DNA from: Gemmatimonas sp. | Lineage (GTDB): Bacteria > Gemmatimonadota > Gemmatimonadetes > Gemmatimonadales > Gemmatimonadaceae | Length of the DNA stretch: 64,000 nucleotides | Reading direction: 5' to 3' | NCBI GenBank assembly: GCA_011390885.1 | Contig: JAABRO010000012.1 | Location: 12,979-76,978, forward strand | Shown here: positions 57,583 through 64,000 of the stretch, piece after piece | Layout: the number at the start of each line of letters is the position of its first letter | Position numbering within the stretch: position 1 is the stretch's first letter | The notes under the pieces: model-generated | Seen by the model: the letters and a program-made list of their open reading frames with translations, nothing else | Database searches by the model: none | Told to the model about the DNA's origin: nothing | Translations under genes and position numbers: made by a program

Positions 57583-58526
57583 GGCGTGCCTCCCGCTGCG
57601 CGAATGGCCTGCGATTTCTCCGCGATCGCCACGAGCAGCCGCTCGAGCTCCGCCTCGTACGCCGCGTCGGCCATGATCGCCTTCTTCGCGCGCAGCGCGG
57701 CGACCTGCTCTTCGAGGGCCTGTCGTTCCGCCACCAGGGCCGCCACGCGCGGGTCGCTGGACGCGGCACGGCCGCCGAAGGCCACGGTTGCCGCGAGCGT
57801 GGAGTCGGACAGCACCGCGTGCTCGGTGAGCATGCGGCTGTCGGTCTCGTACTCGCGCTCCACGGCGCGCCGCGCGTAGTCGAACGCTTCGAGCACGGTC
57901 ACGCGGCCGTCCTTGTTGGCGTCGGCCTCGAGCGACTCGAGCCCCTTCACGAAATGACCGGCAAACCGCGTGTCGTTGCGCTCCACGGCGCTCTTCGTGG
58001 ACGTGAGCACCACGCGCCGCGGGCCGGCGAGCACGCGCTGGAAGTCGCCGCTCGCGCTGGCCGCGTTCACGAAGATCACCGTCTGCTGCGTGAAGCCGCT
58101 CAGCCAGGTGCCGAAGTCGGCGGCGGTGGGGTCGGGTCCCGGCAGGTTCACGCGCGACTCGCCCGCCTGCCCGCTGCCGTGGCCGTGCAGGAACACGATG
58201 ATCACGTCGCCGGCCTTCACGCGCCGCGACATGGCCAGGAACGCCTCGCCGACGGCCTCCCTGGTGGAGCGACCATCGAAGCGCGCGGGATCGCGCGTGG
58301 CATCCTCGGTGAGCACGGTGACGTTGGCGGCCGGCACGTTCCACTTCGTGGTCGCCACGTCGTGCAGGCGGCGCGCCACATCGGCGAACGCCGTGCGGTA
58401 GGCCGGCTCACCACCGAGCCCGGTGATGACCAGCAGGTGCTGCTGTTGCGCGTCGGCCGGCGCGAACGCACCGGCCGCCGACAGCAGCGCGACCGCGGCC
58501 GCGCGTCGGAACATGGTGTGGAACAT
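57579..58526 (-). CDS. Secreted peptidase-C13 (legumain/caspase-fold)-like protein with an EF-hand-like loop and a C-terminal coiled coil. The catalytic Cys position is occupied by Ser.
   Basis: ATG at 58526 (ATGA overlap). Signal MFHTMFRRAAAVALLSAAGAFAPADAQ. VIIVFLHGHGSG (His-Gly dyad) and VIFVNAASASGDF where C13 enzymes have (E/D)ACxSG. DANKDGRVTVLEAF fits a DxNxDGxxxxxE loop. Confidence 0.55.
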   Translation of the reverse strand: MFHTMFRRAAAVALLSAAGAFAPADAQQQHLLVITGLGGEPAYRTAFADVARRLHDVATTKWNVPAANVTVLTEDATRDPARFDGRSTREAVGEAFLAMSRRVKAGDVIIVFLHGHGSGQAGESRVNLPGPDPTAADFGTWLSGFTQQTVIFVNAASASGDFQRVLAGPRRVVLTSTKSAVERNDTRFAGHFVKGLESLEADANKDGRVTVLEAFDYARRAVEREYETDSRMLTEHAVLSDSTLAATVAFGGRAASSDPRVAALVAERQALEEQVAALRAKKAIMADAAYEAELERLLVAIAEKSQAIRAAGGTP

Positions 58527-60817
58527 CAGGCCAACCCCCGCCAGCGGCGCCAGATCCATTCGGCGCCGAGCAGGAGCGCCACGAGGAGGAATACCGCCGG
58601 CATGTCCCAGAGGTCCCGTGCCTCGCGCACCACCACACCGCTCTCGGTGTACTGCACGTCCTCGAGCAGCCGCGCGGCGTCGGCGAGCGGCACGTAGCGG
58701 CCGCCGGTCTCCTGCGCCACGCGGCGCAGCAGGGCTTCGCGCTGTTCGGCCTGGGTCACGTCGGCGTCGGCATCGTCCACGAGCAGCGTACCGGTCGTGG
58801 TGCGTGTCGTGTCGCGTCCGCGCACGACCTGCGTGGAGAGCGTGTGTACCCCGGGCTCGGTCGGCACGTAGCGGCCGGTGTACACGCCGTCGGCGCGCAC
58901 CGACCAGTCGAGCGGCACGTCGGCGGCCACGCCCGTGGGGGAGATCACGGTGGTGGTGATGCTCGCGTCGTTCACGTCGAGGAACGCGTCGTCGGCCACC
59001 TGCGCGCGCAGCGTGACGGGCTCGCCGGTGCCGAGCCGATCCGGCGTGGCGGCCACGGTGATGCGTTCGGGAGCGCCTTCGCCAAGCCAGCGCAGGAGCT
59101 GGCGCCAGAGCACGAGGTGCGTGAGGTCATCGACCGCCATGTCGGCGTGCATGCGCCAGAGCCACGAGTCCTGCACGCCGAACACCGCGCCCACACCGCG
59201 CCCGTAGCGATGCCAGGCGAGCAGCGGCTGGTCGGTGGTGCTTTCGGGGGCGCGACCGGTGAGCAGCGCCGTGGCGCCCGGGCGCAGCGCACCGAGGGCA
59301 TTCACGCCGGTGAGCGGCGGCAGCGTGCCCCACTTCTGCGCGGACGCCGCGTCGGTCTCCGCAATCTGGAGCGCCGCGTGCGCCAGGCCAGCCGACGTGG
59401 GGCGGAGCGTGTACGTCACCGGTGCGCCACCCGTGTCGCGCGGCGCGCGGTCGAGCGCGATGGGCAGCACGTCGGCAAAGGGCGTGCCGCGATAGCCGCC
59501 CTCGGTGAGCGCACTGCGACCGCCGAGCGCGAGCAGGCCACCGCCGCGCACGTTCACGAAGTCGGCCAGCATGCGCAGCTGGTCGCCCGTGAAGAACGAG
59601 GCTTCGATGCTCCCCAGCACGATCGCGCGGTAGCCGAACAGCTCCTCGCGCGTGGACGGGAAGCCGGTGAGCAGCTCGAGGCTGTCGCGCACGCCCAGCC
59701 GCAGGAACTTGCCTTCGGCGCTGCGCAGCAACCCCACGAGCTGCACGCCGCTGTCGGCCGCGATCGCGCGGCGCAGGAAGGCGAACTCCGGGCGCGGCTC
59801 GCCTTCCACGTAGAGCACCCGGTCCGGCCCCGCGCGCACCTGCAGCACGGTGTGCGCGACGTTGTTCTCGGGCACGATCTCGTTCGGCACGGCGGAGGCG
59901 CGGACGGTGAGCCGGTAGGTGCCGGCCGGCAGCGGCGGCACGCGCAGCCGCACCGACAGCACGTCGCCGCTGCTCGGCGCGCGCACCGTTTCGGTGGCCA
60001 CGATCCGACCGTCCGCTTCGGCGGTCACCGTGACCGGGTCGGAGCCAGTGCCGCGCAGGCGCACCGACGCGTCCACCAGCACCGTGCCGCCCACGAGCAC
60101 GCTGTTCGCGGCGCTCACGCGCTCCACGGCCACGTCGCGCTCGAAGCGCGTCTGCCCCACGCCCACCGTATACACGGGCACCTGGCGCGCGCGCAGGCCG
60201 AGCAGGGCGGCGTCGAGATCACCGCCGCCATTGTCGGCGCCGTCCGTCACCAGGATCACGCCGGCGAGCGGCACGCCGGTGAGCTCGGCGCGCGTGGCCT
60301 CGAGCGCCTGCGCGAGGTCGGTGCGCGTACCGGTCGCGGCGAGTGCGCCCACGCTGTCCATGGGGCGCGTTTCGGCGGCGAAGCGCACAAGGCGTACCGC
60401 GAAACGCTCGCCGAGTCCGCGCATGAGCGCGCCCGAATCGGCGAAGGTGCGCTGCACGGCGGTGAGCCGTGACGAACCCTCGACATCCGCGATGCGCTGG
60501 CTGCGCGAGTCGTCGAGCAGCACCGCCAGCACGTTGCGCTGCGGCACGGCCGACGCCACCACCAGCGCCGGCCGCAGCAGGCACGCGAGCACGAGCAGGA
60601 GGGCGAGCGCGCGCAGCGCACCCAGCACCGCGCGATCGAGCGTGCGCACGCCCTCGAGGCGGCGATAGAGCCACGTGACCAGTCCCACGACGAGCAGTGC
60701 GCCGATCCCGACAAGGAGCGGCGGCACCACCGGCGCAAGCACGAACTCCCCGCGTTCGAACACGCGAGGCGAGTACTTGAACAGGAACGTGAGGAAGGAC
60801 TCGAGGTAGGCGGGCAC
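58526..60817 (-). CDS. VWA-domain plus class-I-glutamine-amidotransferase-like membrane protein. First gene of the operon.
   Basis: GTG at 60817. N-terminal TM helices. VWA MIDAS LLDDSRSQ and VILVTDGADNGG. ThuA/GATase1-like segment (YRAIVLGSIEA...GGGLLALGG). C-terminal TM VFLLVALLLGAEWIW. Confidence 0.8.
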   Translation of the reverse strand: MPAYLESFLTFLFKYSPRVFERGEFVLAPVVPPLLVGIGALLVVGLVTWLYRRLEGVRTLDRAVLGALRALALLLVLACLLRPALVVASAVPQRNVLAVLLDDSRSQRIADVEGSSRLTAVQRTFADSGALMRGLGERFAVRLVRFAAETRPMDSVGALAATGTRTDLAQALEATRAELTGVPLAGVILVTDGADNGGGDLDAALLGLRARQVPVYTVGVGQTRFERDVAVERVSAANSVLVGGTVLVDASVRLRGTGSDPVTVTAEADGRIVATETVRAPSSGDVLSVRLRVPPLPAGTYRLTVRASAVPNEIVPENNVAHTVLQVRAGPDRVLYVEGEPRPEFAFLRRAIAADSGVQLVGLLRSAEGKFLRLGVRDSLELLTGFPSTREELFGYRAIVLGSIEASFFTGDQLRMLADFVNVRGGGLLALGGRSALTEGGYRGTPFADVLPIALDRAPRDTGGAPVTYTLRPTSAGLAHAALQIAETDAASAQKWGTLPPLTGVNALGALRPGATALLTGRAPESTTDQPLLAWHRYGRGVGAVFGVQDSWLWRMHADMAVDDLTHLVLWRQLLRWLGEGAPERITVAATPDRLGTGEPVTLRAQVADDAFLDVNDASITTTVISPTGVAADVPLDWSVRADGVYTGRYVPTEPGVHTLSTQVVRGRDTTRTTTGTLLVDDADADVTQAEQREALLRRVAQETGGRYVPLADAARLLEDVQYTESGVVVREARDLWDMPAVFLLVALLLGAEWIWRRWRGLA

Positions 60818-61126
60818 GGCACCTCAATACGTACGGCGGGACGCGTGCGCTGGCGCGCACCGCGGAACGACACTGCTCGGAAGGTACCGCTCGACACACG
60901 ACCGCGAGTGCAGGACGGCCTCTCGCACCAGCGTGTACCCCGGTCCTGACCAGACTGTCCGGACCGGCATTCGTTAAGGCGAGGGCACCGCCGCCGGCGC
61001 GCATCGCCTCAGGCGAACGCGGCATCCGCGGCCCGGTTTCCGCACGGCGGCTGGCGCATCGCCCCTCCGAGCTGTCGATTGAACACGGTATCGTGTCTCC
61101 CCCACCTTTGGAGGTCTCCCGTGGAC

Positions 61127-62293
61127 ATGTTCTCCCGCCGTCAATGGCTCCGCACCACCGGACTCGGCCTTGGCGCCACGGTCGCCCTGCCCGGACTGCT
61201 CCCTGCGTCCGAGATGTCGCGCGTGCTGGGGGGCGGCGTCTCGTATGCGGACATGCTCGCGCAGATGGAGCGCGACGTGACCGCGGCGCGCCGGGCGGCC
61301 GGACCGATCCGGCTCTGCTTCAACGAGAACCCCTTCGGCATGTCCCCGAAGGCCAAGGACGCGCTCATGGACGGGTGGGCGCAGCACACCTGGTACATGC
61401 CGCCGGTGCGCGAGACCATCCGCGAGACCTTCGCGAAGCATGTGGGCGTGCCGGCCGATCACGTGCTCGTCACGCAGGGCTCGAGCGAGGTGCTGTCCAT
61501 CCTCGCCATGGCCTACAGCATGGAGGGGGGCGAGATCGTGGCGCCCTGGCCCACCTTCGAGGACCTGCCGCGCTGGGGCGAGACATTGCGGGCCACGGTG
61601 CACAAGGTGCCGCTCGACGCCAACCTCGATCATGACCTCGTGCGGATGCGGGAGCTCGTCGGCGCGCGCACGAAGCTCGTGTTCGTGTGCAACCCCAACA
61701 ATCCCACCTCCAACCTCGCCGATGGGCCGTCGCTGCGCCGATTCGTGTCGGAGGCGGCCACGCGCGCGCCCGTGATCGTGGACGAGGCGTACTACGACTT
61801 CGTGGACACGCCGGGCCATCGTTCCATGGTGGACCTCGTGCTCGCCGGCGAGAACGTGATCGTGTCGCGCACGGCCAGCAAGCTGTTCGGGCTCGCCGGC
61901 CTGCGCTGCGGCTTCGCGGTGGCGCGCCCAGACATCATCGAGCGGCTGCGGCAGTACATCACGGGCGATCCGAACGTGTTCGGATTGCACGCGGCCAACG
62001 CGGCGCTGCTCGACACCGACTACCAGGCATTCGTGCAGGCGAAGAACCGCGAGGGACGTGCCCTGCTGCTCGACGCGCTCGCGCGTCTCGGGCGCCGCGC
62101 CGCCCCATCGCAGACGAACTTCGTGTTCTTCGAGGCGGGCCGTCCCGTGGAGCGGCTGCAGCAGTACTTCCTCGAACGCGGCTTCCTGATCGGCCGCGCG
62201 TTTCCGCCGTACGCCGACTGGGCGCGCGTGAGCATCGGCACGCCGGAGGAGATGCGGCAGTTCGTGGACGTGCTGCCGGGTGCGCTGGCCTGA
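61127..62293 (+). CDS. Class I/II PLP-dependent aminotransferase (histidinol-phosphate aminotransferase-like) with a twin-arginine signal peptide.
   Basis: ATG at 61127 preceded by GGAGG. MFSRRQWLRTTGLGLGATVALPGLL (Tat-type). LCFNENPFG, NPNNPT, VIVDEAYYDF, SRTASKLFGLAGLRCG (PLP-Lys). Confidence 0.85.
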   Translation: MFSRRQWLRTTGLGLGATVALPGLLPASEMSRVLGGGVSYADMLAQMERDVTAARRAAGPIRLCFNENPFGMSPKAKDALMDGWAQHTWYMPPVRETIRETFAKHVGVPADHVLVTQGSSEVLSILAMAYSMEGGEIVAPWPTFEDLPRWGETLRATVHKVPLDANLDHDLVRMRELVGARTKLVFVCNPNNPTSNLADGPSLRRFVSEAATRAPVIVDEAYYDFVDTPGHRSMVDLVLAGENVIVSRTASKLFGLAGLRCGFAVARPDIIERLRQYITGDPNVFGLHAANAALLDTDYQAFVQAKNREGRALLLDALARLGRRAAPSQTNFVFFEAGRPVERLQQYFLERGFLIGRAFPPYADWARVSIGTPEEMRQFVDVLPGALA

Positions 62294-62353
62294 TCGCACC
62301 CGTGCCCGGCGGCGCGTGACACGCCGCCGGGCACGGCACGCTCACCGCACCGC

Positions 62354-64000
62354 TCACCGCATGCGGCGCGCGAAGAAGTCGAGGGTGGCCTCGTAGGCAC
62401 GCATCCACGAATCGTGCCGCAGGAAGCCGTGCACCTCGTCGGGGAACACGAGCTGCTCCACCGGCACCTGCTGTGTGCGCAGCTCGCGAATGAGCGTCTG
62501 CGTCTCGAGGAACCGCACGTTGCGATCATCGTCGCCGTGAATGAGCAGCACGGGGGCGCGCCAGTTCTTCACCTGCGCCAGCGGTGACGCCTCGAAGGCG
62601 ATGCGCGTGCGCTGCGGGTCGGCGTACAGGTCGTAGTCCGGCACGAATGTCTGGATGCCCACGTTCCAGTCGTGCACGCCGTGAATGTCCACACCGGCCT
62701 TGAACAGCTCGGGGTGGCGCGTGAGCCCCATGGCCGTGAGGTAGCCGCCGTACGAGCCGCCCCACAGGCCGATGCGCGAGGCGTCCACGTCGTCGCGCGC
62801 GCCGAGCCACCGGGCCGCGGCCACCACGTCACCATATTCGCTGCCGCCCGTGGCGCCCTGGTCGAGCGCCTCGCGGAACTCGAGGCCGTAGCCGATGCCG
62901 CTCCGGTAGTTGAGCGACAGCACCACGTAGCCGCGCAGCGCGAGCGCCTGGTTGAGCGCGTAGGCGTGGTGGTAGTAGCTGCCGTAGTTCCAACCAAGCA
63001 GCATCTGGCGACGCGAGCCGCCGTGCAGGAAGATCACGGCCGGCCGCTTCGCGCCGGACGCGGCGTTCGGCGGCAGGAACAGCTGCCCGTAGGACTCCAC
63101 GCCATCGGCGGCGCGCAGCGTCACCGCCGTGGGCGCCACGAGCGAGGCGGCGGGGAAGTCGGCCGGCATGGTTTCCGGCGCGAGCGGCTGCCACTTTGCC
63201 GCGCCACCGCTGCGCGCGAGCGCCGCGGCGTGCGCCGGCATGCGCTCGTCGCTCACCAGTGCGTGCAGCGTGCCTCGGCTCGATTCGACCGGCTGCCACG
63301 CGATGTGCGGCGTGGTCACGGTGGCCACAGGCGCCGACGAGCCGTCGGCGGCCACGGTCATCACGCGCCGCCGGTCGATGTCACCGATGTTCGTGCTGTA
63401 CAGCAGGTGGCGGCCGTCGCGGCCGAGTGACACGAACTCCACCTCGCCGTTGCCGGGCGTGAGTTCGCGCGGCTCGCCGCCGCTCGACGCGATGCTGTAC
63501 AGGTGCACCCACCCGGTGCGCTCCCACGGGAAGACGATGCGGTCGTCGCTCGTCCAGAAGAGCTGGTTGTCGGCCACGATCGCCCAGTAGGCGCTGCCGC
63601 GTCCCTCGGCGGCGCGGAACAGCTCGCGTGCCTGCCCGGTGGCCACGTCCGCCACGTGAATGCTCCACGGCTGCGCGGTGCGCGTGGCCCGGAAGCCGAG
63701 GCGCTGACCGGCATACGGCGTGCGCAGGAAGGCGAGGCGCGTGCCGTCGGGCGACCACACGGGCGCGTTGTCGCTGTCGGTGCTCGGAGCCATCCAGCGC
63801 AGCGACTTCGCCGCGCGATCGTACACGCCCACGAAGCTGTGCGTGCCGCGGTTGGACACGAACGCCAGCTGAGACCCGGAGGGCGACCAGCGCATCGCCC
63901 CGCCGCTGCCGCGCATGCGGAAAAGCTGGGTCACGCGCGTAGAGTCGCCGGCCACGGTCGCCATCCAGATCGCGCCGCGGCGCGTGAAGGCGAAATCCGC
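62354..64000 (-). CDS. S9 family serine peptidase, paralogous in architecture to 31554..33713. Partial: the 5' end lies outside the window.
   Basis: The frame stays open upstream of the track's ATG (63964) to the window edge (ADFAFTRRGAIW-MATVAG...). WSPSGSQLAFVS and WSPDGTRLAF propeller repeats. GGSYGGY nucleophile. HGDDDRNV; final H in DEVHGF. Confidence 0.85.
   Translation of the reverse strand, partial: ADFAFTRRGAIWMATVAGDSTRVTQLFRMRGSGGAMRWSPSGSQLAFVSNRGTHSFVGVYDRAAKSLRWMAPSTDSDNAPVWSPDGTRLAFLRTPYAGQRLGFRATRTAQPWSIHVADVATGQARELFRAAEGRGSAYWAIVADNQLFWTSDDRIVFPWERTGWVHLYSIASSGGEPRELTPGNGEVEFVSLGRDGRHLLYSTNIGDIDRRRVMTVAADGSSAPVATVTTPHIAWQPVESSRGTLHALVSDERMPAHAAALARSGGAAKWQPLAPETMPADFPAASLVAPTAVTLRAADGVESYGQLFLPPNAASGAKRPAVIFLHGGSRRQMLLGWNYGSYYHHAYALNQALALRGYVVLSLNYRSGIGYGLEFREALDQGATGGSEYGDVVAAARWLGARDDVDASRIGLWGGSYGGYLTAMGLTRHPELFKAGVDIHGVHDWNVGIQTFVPDYDLYADPQRTRIAFEASPLAQVKNWRAPVLLIHGDDDRNVRFLETQTLIRELRTQQVPVEQLVFPDEVHGFLRHDSWMRAYEATLDFFARRMR

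Noticed and set aside
55291-60472. Plus-strand ORFs 55291..57879 (862 aa), 57465..58697 and 58844..60472.
   Set aside because: They are antisense to the overlap-coupled minus-strand operon, whose products show TPR/HExxH, His-Gly dyad and VWA MIDAS motifs.
60974-62299. 441-aa minus-strand ORF.
   Set aside because: It is antisense to the aminotransferase gene, which has a Tat signal, an RBS and the PLP-lysine motif. The ORF itself is rich in R/H/A/G.

Overview
Very GC-rich bacterial chromosomal segment (not computed, by eye about 70% G+C). I saw no rRNA, tRNA, CRISPR array, transposase, integrase or phage genes. About 47 protein genes can be supported. The high GC creates many long 'shadow' ORFs, rich in R/A/G/P, in the six-frame track, and these were discarded. 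The first 'M' of several track ORFs is really TTG or GTG. Gene content suggests a Gemmatimonadota-like organism, which is inference only: clade II Sec-type nosZ with a nosB-L-D-F-Y tail, a CarboxypepD_reg-type TonB receptor, and many signal peptides ending in AAQ/AQ.

Main blocks, in order:
(1) 1-10140, minus strand: secreted BNR-repeat protein; Pcm/erythromycin-esterase-like fusion; then a translationally coupled operon of AMP-ligase, E1alpha, E1beta, E2 and carrier protein.
(2) 10.2-19 kb: envelope and housekeeping genes (lipoproteins, alpha/beta hydrolase, YaeQ, OM beta-barrel, FAD oxidoreductase, MpaB-like oxygenase) and a Ser/Thr kinase-AAA-TPR protein.
(3) 19-22 kb: Cys/His-rich small protein plus TonB-dependent receptor.
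(4) 22-38 kb: mixed genes, including an orphan cyanobacterial-type light-dependent protochlorophyllide oxidoreductase, MOSC, membrane LbH transferase, M50-CBS protease, IorB/IorA-type molybdo-hydroxylase, S9 peptidase, Spy/CpxP-like protein, amidohydrolase, PP2C and NMO.
(5) 38.2-46.6 kb: clade II nitrous-oxide reductase cluster nosZ-nosB-nosL-nosD-nosF-nosY, bracketed by two Fe-S-type Rrf2 regulators and followed by a lipoprotein cytochrome c.
(6) 46.7-60.8 kb, minus strand: an eight-gene, mostly 4-nt-overlapping MoxR/DUF58/VWA ('Bat-like') envelope operon carrying extra protease-like modules and a 1193-aa low-complexity giant.
(7) 61-64 kb: Tat-signal HisC-like aminotransferase and a second S9 peptidase that runs off the window.

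The most interesting candidates for poorly described biology are the E1/E2-ACP operon, the expanded MoxR/VWA operon with a Cys-to-Ser C13-like EF-hand protein, the orphan LPOR, and the regulatory and electron-transfer wiring of the nos cluster.
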